A stretch of 64,000 nt of DNA from Candidatus Latescibacterota bacterium (lineage in GTDB: Bacteria; Latescibacterota; UBA2968). The notes beneath the pieces were generated by a model that worked only from the letters and a program-made list of their open reading frames with translations, ran no database searches and was not told where the DNA came from. The translations under genes and the position numbers were made by a program. Of this stretch, positions 1-9,226 are shown piece after piece. Positions within the stretch are counted from its first letter, which is position 1. Each line of letters starts with the position of its first letter. The stretch spans positions 736,001-800,000 of the forward strand of contig OZ241986.1 in NCBI GenBank assembly GCA_965204375.1, in the 5' to 3' direction.

Positions 1-429
1 CGCGCCGGGAGACGGTGGCGTTACCTGGGTTGCTGGCGTTTCTTGCGGTTCAGTTGCAGGCTGAACTGGCTGCGTTGCAGGCCGTTTTTTCCGCGTGCTT
101 GAAGAGCGACGCGCGAGGTCTTTTTGCAAAGCCGCACGCACGGCTGCGGCGTCTCCGACATAATTGCCATGTACCCATCCCTCAGTTTTTCCATCTGTGC
201 GCACGCGTAACCAGGGATTGGTTCTTTCGAAAATCTCCAGTTCACGACCGCGCTGCAAGCGCTCAACCACCTGCGATTTTGTGGTTGGCTTCTCGCGCAA
301 ATTCAGAATTGCAACGGTGACATAGACTTTCTCTTTTGGCAATAGATAATCACAACCGCTTAAACTCGCCATGAGTACACAAAAAAGGCCGACAAAAAAT
401 CGGCCGGCCAAAAATCTCAACCGCACCAT
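1..429 (-). CDS. SH3 (SH3_3-like) domain lipoprotein with Pro/Thr/Gln-rich linker, 3' end runs off the window
   Basis: Not in the ORF track (no stop in window). Manual translation from ATG 429 (GGAGG RBS at 438-442): MVRLRFLAGRFFVGLFCVLMASLSGC (lipobox), then VTVAILNLREKPTTKSQVVERLQRG...PWLRVRTDGKTEGWVHGNYV, typical of bacterial SH3. Confidence 0.8.
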   Translation of the reverse strand, partial: MVRLRFLAGRFFVGLFCVLMASLSGCDYLLPKEKVYVTVAILNLREKPTTKSQVVERLQRGRELEIFERTNPWLRVRTDGKTEGWVHGNYVGDAAAVRAALQKDLARRSSSTRKKRPATQPVQPATEPQETPATQVTPPSPGA

Positions 430-520
430 CAATCATACCTCCGTAAAAACCCCTGTGGATATTTTTTCTGGATTGAAAATATCGGAAATGCGATTGTTGA
501 TCAAGGATTAAATTCCATTT

Positions 521-1948
521 TCAATCCAGATATGTCATCCCTGGGGTTTGAGGCCACTGGCATTGCTCGGGTGCATTTGTCGCGCTTGCCCATTCCCGAA
601 TGACTTCCAGATCCCTTCTTTTTTCCAGCATCTTTTTTGCAACCCACTCAGGGTCCCATCCATCCAGTACTTTTGCTGTTAGTTCTTCCCGAATCGCCTG
701 ACATTCGCTGTCGTTCGCCCGATTGTGCAATTCCTCTGGATCTTCGGATAGATTGAATAATTGCGGCTCATAGCCGTGGTAGTAAATCAGTTTCCAATCG
801 CCCTGTCGAATCATGCGCTGGTAATGGCCTTCGTAGATACAGTATTCTGAGAAGGCAATATCTTCCCATGTATCTACTTCACTGCGCAGCAATGGCAACA
901 GGCTGCGCCCACGCGAATGGGGCAATTCGGGTGCGTCCAATGCGTCGAGCATGGTCGCATTTAAGTCCAATGCGCTGATGACGCGGTCATTGACCTGTCC
1001 TTTGGGCAGCGCATCAGGCCATGAAATAATTGCTGGTACTCGAACGGATTCTTCGTAAAATGTTCGCTTCATCCACAATGCTTTTTCTCCCACCTGTTCT
1101 CCGTGGTCTGATGAATATACGATCATTGTGTTCTGTGTAAATCCATTCCTTTCTAATGCCTCCAAAAGTTGTCCGATCATGCGATCCATCGCTGTGACCA
1201 GTGCCCAATAAGCTGCACGAGCGTGCAGAGTGTCGGTATCATTAATGTCCAAAAAACGGTTTCGTTTTCGCCACCATTGAAAAAAGGGATGCGATTCATC
1301 TCCCATTGGCTTGGGATGTTTTGGAGGTGTAATCACATCGATGTACTGATCGTAATCTGCTTTTCGCGCAATGTACGGCGAGTGTGGCAGCATATATCCC
1401 ACATGCAAACAAAAGGGGGTATCCGTTTGTCCGTTGCGTTTTTTTATGCCCTCTCGATTGATAAAATCAATTGCTGCTGCTGTCACATCTTCATCGTGTA
1501 CTTCGTAACTGCTCTGGCCCGCACCTGATTTTTGAACCGATTGGATTAAGTTGCTGGGCGCATCGCCTGTGCCCGGGTAATTTGAAGAATGATCTCCAAT
1601 GGGACGATCCACATACCCGTGCAACTGGTCTGTGCCCAGGGCGTGCATGCGACCTATGAGCACGGGATGGTAGCCCGCCGCGCCCATTGCATGCGCGAGG
1701 GTTGGCCGTCCCGAATCCAGGATGTGATGGTTTGTCCACGCCTCATTTTCATAAGGATGCCGCCCCGTTAACATCGACATCCGCGATGGCGTGCATACAG
1801 GCGATGGACAATAGGCATTGTTAAATCTTATGCCCTGTGCAGCGAGTGCATCCAGATGGGGCGTTTGTACGAGTGGATCGCCATAACAGCCGAGTACTTT
1901 GGGGCTGTGCTGGTCTGAGTGGATATAGAGCAAGTTTGGTCGGTCCAT
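521..1948 (-). CDS. Sulfatase (choline-sulfatase-like, Cys-type)
   Basis: PNLLYIHSDQH, CTPSRMSMLTGR (CxPxR), SDHG, QLFNLSEDPEELHN; no signal peptide. Confidence 0.92.
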   Translation of the reverse strand: MDRPNLLYIHSDQHSPKVLGCYGDPLVQTPHLDALAAQGIRFNNAYCPSPVCTPSRMSMLTGRHPYENEAWTNHHILDSGRPTLAHAMGAAGYHPVLIGRMHALGTDQLHGYVDRPIGDHSSNYPGTGDAPSNLIQSVQKSGAGQSSYEVHDEDVTAAAIDFINREGIKKRNGQTDTPFCLHVGYMLPHSPYIARKADYDQYIDVITPPKHPKPMGDESHPFFQWWRKRNRFLDINDTDTLHARAAYWALVTAMDRMIGQLLEALERNGFTQNTMIVYSSDHGEQVGEKALWMKRTFYEESVRVPAIISWPDALPKGQVNDRVISALDLNATMLDALDAPELPHSRGRSLLPLLRSEVDTWEDIAFSEYCIYEGHYQRMIRQGDWKLIYYHGYEPQLFNLSEDPEELHNRANDSECQAIREELTAKVLDGWDPEWVAKKMLEKRRDLEVIREWASATNAPEQCQWPQTPGMTYLD

Positions 1949-1977
1949 GTTTGATTCCTTTTCATCGGTACACAGAA

Positions 1978-2004
1978 GGCAGGCAGCGGTTGCCCGTGCC
2001 TGCC
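1978..2004. terminator. GC-rich stem-loop between the FAH and sulfatase genes (terminator or REP-like hairpin)
   Basis: ggcaggca-N11-tgcctgcc inverted repeat followed by an AT-rich tract on the + strand. Confidence 0.4.
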
Positions 2005-2032
2005 ATTATTTTTTCAATTAAGAGTGAGACAG

Positions 2033-2995
2033 CTATTTCTCACTCGCAGCTACCGTATTTACCAATCTGCCAATGCCCGAGATCTCAATTTCTACCGTAT
2101 CGCCCGGTTTCATATAGGTTCCCGTTGTATCGCCTACGCCCGAAATTGTACCTGTGCTGATCAAGTCGCCCGGTTCGAGTGTGATAATTGCCGAGATGTA
2201 TTCGATAATTTTATCTACGGGATACAACATTTGTCCCGTGTTGTTGTGCTGTTTGCGGTCGCCATTCACATACGTGCTGATGTCGAGGGTGTGCGGATCT
2301 GTGATCTCGTCAGAGGTTACAATCCACGGTCCTTGCGGCGCAAAGGTATCCAGCCATTTGCCGTTTAACCAGTCGAACCATTCATCTCTTGGCCGACTGT
2401 CCGTGCGTTTTTTGATTTCCAACATGCGCTCGGAGACATCGTTCATGACCGTATAACCCGCGACATAATCCAGCGCGTCCTCTGCCTGTACACCTTTTGC
2501 CTCTCGGCCCATTACGACGGCCAATTCGCCTTCCCAATCTACGCCTCTTGCGATGGGGGGAATCAAAATTTGATCGCCTGGCCCGATTACAGTCGAGGTC
2601 GGGGGCTTCATAAACACGCGTGGGGTTTCCTTGTCCTGAATTTGCATCTTGGTCGTGCCGCTTTCTTCAATGTGATCCTGATAATTGCCCGCCAAGCAGA
2701 ATAATTTGCGCGGATTGGGTACTGGTGCGCTCAATTTGACATCGCTGACGGCAAAGCTGGTCTCGCCATCTGGTTTGCCATTCAAACGCTTTTCAGCATC
2801 AGCCACCGCCTGTTGTGCCGCAGACCTGCCCTCTGCCCCGGCGTCGAGAAGGGTTAGCATATCCGTAAAAAAGGGAGGGTTTTCCGATTGGGCTAATGCT
2901 CTATCTGCTGCTGCGAGATCGACGATAATTGCATCATCTGCGACGACTGCGCCAATGGATTCTGCACCGCCGACTGAATAAGTCGCGAGTTTCAT
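2033..2995 (-). CDS. Fumarylacetoacetate hydrolase family protein
   Basis: KLFCLAGNYQDH, FMKP, DWEGELAVV, NDVSER, GKWLDTFAPQGPWI, LEPGDLISTGT. Confidence 0.92.
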   Translation of the reverse strand: MKLATYSVGGAESIGAVVADDAIIVDLAAADRALAQSENPPFFTDMLTLLDAGAEGRSAAQQAVADAEKRLNGKPDGETSFAVSDVKLSAPVPNPRKLFCLAGNYQDHIEESGTTKMQIQDKETPRVFMKPPTSTVIGPGDQILIPPIARGVDWEGELAVVMGREAKGVQAEDALDYVAGYTVMNDVSERMLEIKKRTDSRPRDEWFDWLNGKWLDTFAPQGPWIVTSDEITDPHTLDISTYVNGDRKQHNNTGQMLYPVDKIIEYISAIITLEPGDLISTGTISGVGDTTGTYMKPGDTVEIEISGIGRLVNTVAASEK

Positions 2996-3016
2996 GTTTT
3001 CTCCTTGTGTGATTGC

Positions 3017-3880
3017 TCAGTGACTGGTAAATGACAATGGAAATGTCGGTTCCTGTGCCTGCTTTTGCGTGGGGGTTTCGATCTTTTGATGATAATATTC
3101 TTCGACGAATTGCGCCAGATTTTTGCTCGCTTCTTCAAATACAATTTTGCCCTTTTCTGCTGTTGCCTTTTCCGCCTCTCCCATCACGCCCGAATCCGTA
3201 TATTGACTCGTCCATTCAATGATTCCCACAGGTCCTCTGCTGAATAAATCGGTCCAGACAAATTTGGATCCCCGCTTGTTGGTCCTGGCAATTTCGCTCT
3301 TGATTTTATCCTTGCGCACGCTTTCCGGAGACAAGTGGAGCAACATGGATGTTTCCAATTCGCCCGCATGCGAACACCCGCCGGGAAATACGCTCTCTCG
3401 CCATTCTTTGTCAAAGTCCGGATCGACTTTGAGCAATTGCCACCACGAGCAGAAAGCGCAACTCGCATCTGTTTCTACGATTGTGCGACGGGCGACCATT
3501 TCGACCAGATTGTGGTTGGAACCGTGCCCGTTGACGAGGATCATTTTCTTAAAGCCGTGATAGGCAAGGCTTTTGCAGATGTCCAGCAGGTACTGAATAA
3601 AGTGTTCGTAGTGTATATTCAGCGAGCCAGGGAAATCCATGACGTGATGCACATATCCATAACTCACGGGCGGTAGCACCAGGCTGTATTCCGGCTTTAA
3701 TCGCGCGCCTTCGGTCGCCACGGCGTTGGCACATAGATGATCGACTTTCAAGGGCAAGTGATGCCCGTGCTGTTCGACTGCGCCGGTTGGAATAATCGGA
3801 ATTTTTCCCATTTCTACCGCTTCGTTCACTTCGGGCCAGGTCAGTTCGTCAAATTTGTAGATATCTTTTACAGAAGCCAT
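3017..3880 (-). CDS. Creatininase / creatinine amidohydrolase family protein
   Basis: GAVEQHGHHLPLKVD, NGHGSN, HAGELETS, SGVMG motifs. Confidence 0.92.
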   Translation of the reverse strand: MASVKDIYKFDELTWPEVNEAVEMGKIPIIPTGAVEQHGHHLPLKVDHLCANAVATEGARLKPEYSLVLPPVSYGYVHHVMDFPGSLNIHYEHFIQYLLDICKSLAYHGFKKMILVNGHGSNHNLVEMVARRTIVETDASCAFCSWWQLLKVDPDFDKEWRESVFPGGCSHAGELETSMLLHLSPESVRKDKIKSEIARTNKRGSKFVWTDLFSRGPVGIIEWTSQYTDSGVMGEAEKATAEKGKIVFEEASKNLAQFVEEYYHQKIETPTQKQAQEPTFPLSFTSH

Positions 3881-3921
3881 TTTTTCACCTTTCTAAGTAG
3901 TCACATGAGACATCGCCGTCA

Positions 3922-3980
3922 CTATGGGCGGACACAGGAGCCTGCCCCGTAGTGCCTTTATACGGGGGCACCGCCCCTAC
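3922..3980 (-). repeat. GTAG-type REP-like palindromic element(s)
   Basis: Minus strand reads GTAGGGGCGGTGCCCCCGTA...TACGGGGCAGGCTCCTGTGTCCGCCC; the GTAG tetramer includes the TAG stop of the upstream gene. Confidence 0.5.
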
Positions 3981-5089
3981 ATTACCCTGAACTCCGCAAC
4001 CACATCTTCATCCAGGTCCACGCCCAGTCCGGGTTGATCTGTCAGATGTAGCACACCATTTCGAAACGTCATCTCGTGTTGGGCGAGTTTTTGTGCCAGG
4101 GGAGATGGTGCTCGCGTGTATTCTGTCAGCGGTTGTTCGCTCGCTGCGGCCCATTGGGCAGATGCTGCCAATAAGACTCCGGTGCCAAATGCGTGAGGTA
4201 CGGCACGTGCTCCCGCCTCTTTGGCCAATTTTTCAATTTCCAGGCCGCCGGTAATTCCGCCTACGCGCCCCAGATCGGGTTGTACAAAATGGAGTTTGCC
4301 ATTGTGCAACAAGTCGGCGTACTCGCTTACCAGAGTCATCGCTTCGCCACCAGCAATTGGGATGGATGACTGAGTTGAGAGTTCGCCATATCCCTGCACA
4401 TCAAACGGGTGCAATGGCTCCTCGAGCCAGAACACATTGTATTTTTCAAATCGCGCAACGCGCTTCAACGCGGTTTCTGCATCCCACGCGCGGCCGGCAT
4501 CTACCATCAAATTTACATCTGGACCCAAAGCCTCTCGTGCCGCTGCGACCAGTGCCTCGTCTAAATCTGCATCTGGCCCCATTGGTGCCCAACCGTATTT
4601 TACAGACTGATAGCCTTGTGCCAAAAATGCGCTCGCGGATTCTTGTACCAATTCCGGACGCTCGGGCCACAGTACGCTTGCATAAGCAGGCACTGCATCT
4701 GCTGCATCTCCTCGCAATAGATTGCGCACTGGTTTGCCTTCGGCTTTTCCCCGAATATCCCACAGTGCCATGTCAATGCCACTCATGGCCTGTCGCGCCA
4801 CGCCGCCTGGACCATACCATGATACGCCTTCGATCATGGCGTTGTGAATTGCGTCAAAATCCAGCGCGTCCATGCCGGTTACGATCGCCGATAGGCCATG
4901 GCGAAATGGTGCAGAGCGCGGTGCTTCAATTACGGCTTTGGCTACATAGGAACACGATACGACTTCACCTAATCCCGTTATGCCCTCATCGGTATGCACC
5001 CGCACGATCAGGCAGTCTTGAGTCCCATCGGCCGCCTCTACAACTTCTGGCAACCTTAAATGAATGGCTTCAATATGGGTAATTTTCAT
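3977..5089 (-). CDS. Mandelate racemase / muconate lactonizing enzyme (enolase superfamily) dehydratase
   Basis: VHTDEGITGLGE, SGIDMALWDIRGK, LMVDAG, WLEEP, GGE, QPDLGRVGG, PGLGVDL. Confidence 0.92.
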   Translation of the reverse strand: MKITHIEAIHLRLPEVVEAADGTQDCLIVRVHTDEGITGLGEVVSCSYVAKAVIEAPRSAPFRHGLSAIVTGMDALDFDAIHNAMIEGVSWYGPGGVARQAMSGIDMALWDIRGKAEGKPVRNLLRGDAADAVPAYASVLWPERPELVQESASAFLAQGYQSVKYGWAPMGPDADLDEALVAAAREALGPDVNLMVDAGRAWDAETALKRVARFEKYNVFWLEEPLHPFDVQGYGELSTQSSIPIAGGEAMTLVSEYADLLHNGKLHFVQPDLGRVGGITGGLEIEKLAKEAGARAVPHAFGTGVLLAASAQWAAASEQPLTEYTRAPSPLAQKLAQHEMTFRNGVLHLTDQPGLGVDLDEDVVAEFRVM

Positions 5090-5107
5090 ATATCACTTTT
5101 TATAGCC

Positions 5108-5905
5108 TTATCCCTTTTGCAATACCCGCCACCGATCGTACAATGGTCGCATCTCTTTTGGCAAAAATCCGCGCACATTGTCCGCGAGCATCCACTTCAG
5201 GCGCGGATCCACTTCGGAGGGTTTACTGTCTTTAGCGCACATACTCCAGCTTCCGGACAAGGTCAATCGCTCCACATCCTTTTTCATTACTCCGCGGTGA
5301 ATCAAATTGCCAGTCCAAAACACGGTTTGCCCGGCTTTGAGGGGCACGACATATTGTCCCGGGATATCGTCGTGGCGTTCTTCTAACAAGCACCTGCGCT
5401 CGTGGGCGGTGCGGTACCTTTTGTGACTGCCGGGCACAATTTGCAGACAATAATCATCCACCAGTGCGAGATGCCACCTCAGACCCCTTTGGGGACGATT
5501 TAAAATTTCCATTTCCACCTGATACGATCCGTCGCGTTCCTTACTCCCAAAATCCCGGTGCCAACCGAAACCGTAATCCGCTTGATATGGATTTGTAAAG
5601 ATGAGTGTGCCTCCCAATTGCAACTGCGTGCCCAAAAAAGCGTGCGTGTATTTCATTATGGGTTCTGACATCAGATATTCGGCAAAAATCGGTTCTTTCA
5701 TCTCGGGGGCAAACAACCCGCGAATTGCCCAGGGTTCTCCGTTCTCTGAGCGGTGGGTGTATAAATCTACTTCGCCTGAACGCACCTTTTGCTTGGCGCG
5801 AATCGCAGCTTTCAGCAGGGATTGTAGCATATCGGGATCAACGGCGTCATCTACTATAAAAAATCCATTCTTCCTGTACTGCCGTTTCTCGGTGTCGTAA
5901 AACAT
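5108..5905 (-). CDS. Phytanoyl-CoA dioxygenase (PhyH) family Fe/2OG dioxygenase
   Basis: YRKNGFFIV, WHRD, CLQIVPGSH, LIHRG. Confidence 0.85.
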   Translation of the reverse strand: MFYDTEKRQYRKNGFFIVDDAVDPDMLQSLLKAAIRAKQKVRSGEVDLYTHRSENGEPWAIRGLFAPEMKEPIFAEYLMSEPIMKYTHAFLGTQLQLGGTLIFTNPYQADYGFGWHRDFGSKERDGSYQVEMEILNRPQRGLRWHLALVDDYCLQIVPGSHKRYRTAHERRCLLEERHDDIPGQYVVPLKAGQTVFWTGNLIHRGVMKKDVERLTLSGSWSMCAKDSKPSEVDPRLKWMLADNVRGFLPKEMRPLYDRWRVLQKG

Positions 5906-6074
5906 GACGGTCTCCTTTCATGTGCGGCGCAATATAGGTGTGTCGCGCAGCAAATACAAAAAAAAAGCGCGGGGGTTCTGTCCTGCTCAGAAAACAGTGG
6001 CAGGTCAGTGTCATTGTGATATTTTAAGGGAGGATATAGAGTATTTTGGAATAAGCGATAGAATGGAGGAAGAC

Positions 6075-8264
6075 ATGATTGGACCGCGGTTGGGTGATGA
6101 AGCGTTTTTTGAGGCGCTCGATTTGTCGCGTGAAGATATGAGAGCTGTGAAAAGGGCGGTAGAGACGCGAGATTGGACAGGTGCTCGGCGTGCGTTTGCA
6201 GAACACATTCGCACGCGTGAATATCCGCGATGGTTTTCAGATTGGCGAAACCGGTCAGAGCCACAAGACCGGGATGCAGAGGTCGAACTGGTGCGCGTGG
6301 GAGATCGTGCGATCAGAGATGTCAATCTCGAAAAGGCCGACCGCATTGTGGCAAATACGCTGGTGAGTTGCGATGTGGAAGAGGCGTTTGGGGATGTGAT
6401 CAATTGGGAATTGGATCCGATCAATTATAGGGAATGGACGTGGCAGTTGTCGCGCCATCCGTTTTGGGTCACGCTGGGGCAGGCGTATTGGAAGACAGGC
6501 GATGAAAAATATGCCGAGGCGTTCAGACGACAGATGCGGCACTGGATTGAACATGTGTGGATGCCGGTGGATGAGGATGGCAATACCTGGAAAGATGATG
6601 CACAGATGGGTACGGATCGCACGAATTGCTGGCGCACGATTGAATGTGGAATTCGGATGGGGCAGACGTGGCCTGCGGCGTTTTACTATTTTCTTTCGTC
6701 TGAAACATTTGCGGATGACGATGTGTGTTTGATGGTGAAGAGTATGGTGGAACACGCGCGACATCTCACGTTATGGCCGCGCGGTGGCAACTGGCAGACG
6801 ATGCAGGCCAATGGGCAATATCACGTTGGGGCGTTGTTTCCCGAGTTCAAAGAAGCCGCAAGTTGGCGTGAGATTGCAATGCAGTCGCTTTATGAGGAAT
6901 TGGATGAGCAGGTTTATCCCGATGGCGCGCAGATTGAGTTGTCGAGTGGGTATCATCAGGTGAGTTTGCGAAATTTTGTGATGGCGCTCGCGATTGCGCG
7001 GTTAAATAATTTGCCCCTGCCGGCAGATTATGTCGCAAAATTGGAACGGATGTATCATTACGACCTGTATCTGGCGATGCCCAATTTGCGTTTGCCCGCG
7101 CTCAATGACGGCGGCCAGACGGATATAGTGCCCTACATGCAAGGCGGGTTCAGGTTTTTTCCAGAACGGACGGATTTTCAATGGGCGGGTTCTGGGCGTG
7201 CGGAAGGAACAAAACCGGAAACTCTGTCTTGCGTTTTTCCCTATGCAGGGCATTTCGTCATGCGTTCGGGATGGGAACCGGATGATCTCTATCTCTTTTT
7301 TGATGGCGGTCCGTTTGGCTATGGGCATCAGCACGAAGATAAGCTGAATATCATGCTGTACGCACACGGCCGTGTGCATGTGGTGGATCCGGGGAATTAT
7401 CCATACGATTCGTCGCAGTGGCGCACTTATGTGCTGTCAACCCGCGCGCACAATACGGTGATGGTGGATGGGATGGAGCAGAATCAGCGCGGGAAATCTC
7501 GGGAGGAATACGTGGTGTCCGAGCCGCTGCCGCATACGTGGATTTCAAATGAGAAATGCGATTATGCGTCGGCGAGTTACGATTTGGGATATGGACCTGA
7601 GCGGGATCAGACGGTTACACATACGCGATCGATTTTGTTTCTGAAACCCGAATTCTGGGTTGTGACGGATATTCTCAGGCCCTCGGATGAGGCTTCCCAT
7701 ACGTATGAAGCGATGTTTCATCTGGATGCGGATGATGCCGAGGTGCTGGAGAATGGGTGCGGTGTTATGACAAAAAATAGCGTGGGAGAGAGCAATCTGG
7801 GCATTTATGCCATTTCGACAAAGCCGATAGATGTGCGGATTGTAAGTGGACAGGAAGAACCGACCGTGCAGGGTTGGATCCCCCGGGGAGGACCCTATCA
7901 GTGCGAACCCATTCCAACGGCAATTTTTAAATCGGAGGGCGATGGTCCCGCGCTGATGTCTTATGTTTTATATCCCGTGAAAGCGGGTGGAGAATCTCCT
8001 GTAGCACATGTGGAATACATTCCCGCGGTGGCCGACAATGGGCGAGTTGCGATTGCCGGGCGGATCGCGTTGCGCGATGATAGAGAGATTTATTTTGTGC
8101 AATCAGAAGCCGGCGAAGGGTGGATACGCGTTTCTGATGGGGAGACCGATGCCGAAGCTGGCGCGATGGAATTGGTCGATGGATGGGTTAATAAAATAGT
8201 TCTCGCAAATGGACAAACAGTGCGGGTATATGGACAGGAACTTCGAGAGGGTCACATGGTGTGA
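6075..8264 (+). CDS. Heparinase II/III family (polysaccharide lyase-like) protein
   Basis: WTWQLSRH, GNWQTM, QVYPDGAQIELSSGYH, GHQHEDKL, TRAHNTVMVDG. Start placed at ATG 6075 after GGAGG; the ORF track starts at 5904. Confidence 0.85.
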   Translation: MIGPRLGDEAFFEALDLSREDMRAVKRAVETRDWTGARRAFAEHIRTREYPRWFSDWRNRSEPQDRDAEVELVRVGDRAIRDVNLEKADRIVANTLVSCDVEEAFGDVINWELDPINYREWTWQLSRHPFWVTLGQAYWKTGDEKYAEAFRRQMRHWIEHVWMPVDEDGNTWKDDAQMGTDRTNCWRTIECGIRMGQTWPAAFYYFLSSETFADDDVCLMVKSMVEHARHLTLWPRGGNWQTMQANGQYHVGALFPEFKEAASWREIAMQSLYEELDEQVYPDGAQIELSSGYHQVSLRNFVMALAIARLNNLPLPADYVAKLERMYHYDLYLAMPNLRLPALNDGGQTDIVPYMQGGFRFFPERTDFQWAGSGRAEGTKPETLSCVFPYAGHFVMRSGWEPDDLYLFFDGGPFGYGHQHEDKLNIMLYAHGRVHVVDPGNYPYDSSQWRTYVLSTRAHNTVMVDGMEQNQRGKSREEYVVSEPLPHTWISNEKCDYASASYDLGYGPERDQTVTHTRSILFLKPEFWVVTDILRPSDEASHTYEAMFHLDADDAEVLENGCGVMTKNSVGESNLGIYAISTKPIDVRIVSGQEEPTVQGWIPRGGPYQCEPIPTAIFKSEGDGPALMSYVLYPVKAGGESPVAHVEYIPAVADNGRVAIAGRIALRDDREIYFVQSEAGEGWIRVSDGETDAEAGAMELVDGWVNKIVLANGQTVRVYGQELREGHMV

Positions 8265-8266
8265 GT

Positions 8267-9097
8267 TTATAGCTGTTTGATGTCGATGCCTCCGTTAAGG
8301 GTTTGGAGTCTAATATTCGGGCCTTTTCCGCCATTGAGGTCGCCACGGATGGACTTGCTAATGCGCCCGCTAACGCGTCCTTTGACTTCAATTGGAAATT
8401 CCGTATCAATATGGCCTATTGTGCTTTTGGCTTGAATACGGCCTTGAAAGTCCGAAGGAAGAGACAGTTTCAACCCTCCGTTTACAGTTTCTGCACGAAT
8501 ATCGTTCTGTATTTGCTCGGCAATTGCGATTTCGATGCTGCCATTCACGGTTTCAGCTTTTACACCACCGATAATCTCAGCAAGAGCGATTTTTCCATTC
8601 ACGGTTTCGACATCAATTGCGCCGCGCGTGCCATTGATTTTGATACTGCCATTCACGGTTTCGCTTTTCACATTGCCCGTGGTTGAGGGGACAGAAATAC
8701 TTCCGTTGACGGTATCGAGATCCAGGCGTACGCTTTGGGGGACTGTAATCGTATAGTTTACGCTTATATTCCAGTTCTTAAATATTTTCCACTTGTTGTC
8801 GGGGCGTTGGGTACGGACCTCAATACCGCTATCTGTTTCACTAATTTCGATGGTAGTAGTTTCGAGCAGTTCTTCAGCCCCTTCTTCATCGCTCGCTTTT
8901 GCTTTTTTTACGGCGCGAACAAAGACTTGATCGCGCGCCCAGGTTTTAAGTGTGATTCCGCCATTGCGGGCGTGTACTGAAAGCATTTTGCCAGGGACAA
9001 AATCAAGGGTGTATTCGACGATTTCTTCGCGTTTTTCCGCGGCACTGGCCGGGAGTGTGAATAACGCGGCAAGAACGAAAATCAGGCGCGAGGTCAT
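8267..9097 (-). CDS. Secreted DUF4097-like beta-strand repeat (putative adhesin) protein
   Basis: Signal peptide; repeated ETVNGSI / TVNGKI units. Confidence 0.8.
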   Translation of the reverse strand: MTSRLIFVLAALFTLPASAAEKREEIVEYTLDFVPGKMLSVHARNGGITLKTWARDQVFVRAVKKAKASDEEGAEELLETTTIEISETDSGIEVRTQRPDNKWKIFKNWNISVNYTITVPQSVRLDLDTVNGSISVPSTTGNVKSETVNGSIKINGTRGAIDVETVNGKIALAEIIGGVKAETVNGSIEIAIAEQIQNDIRAETVNGGLKLSLPSDFQGRIQAKSTIGHIDTEFPIEVKGRVSGRISKSIRGDLNGGKGPNIRLQTLNGGIDIKQL

Positions 9098-9226
9098 GGT
9101 TGTCTCCTTTATAACTGTGGGTAACAGTAAGGTAAAGAATTAGACTCGCTCTTATGTCAAGAGTTTCGAAATTTTTTAGGTTTGAAGTGAAACAATTTTA
9201 TTGAATTCGCCCAGAGAAATGCACCA

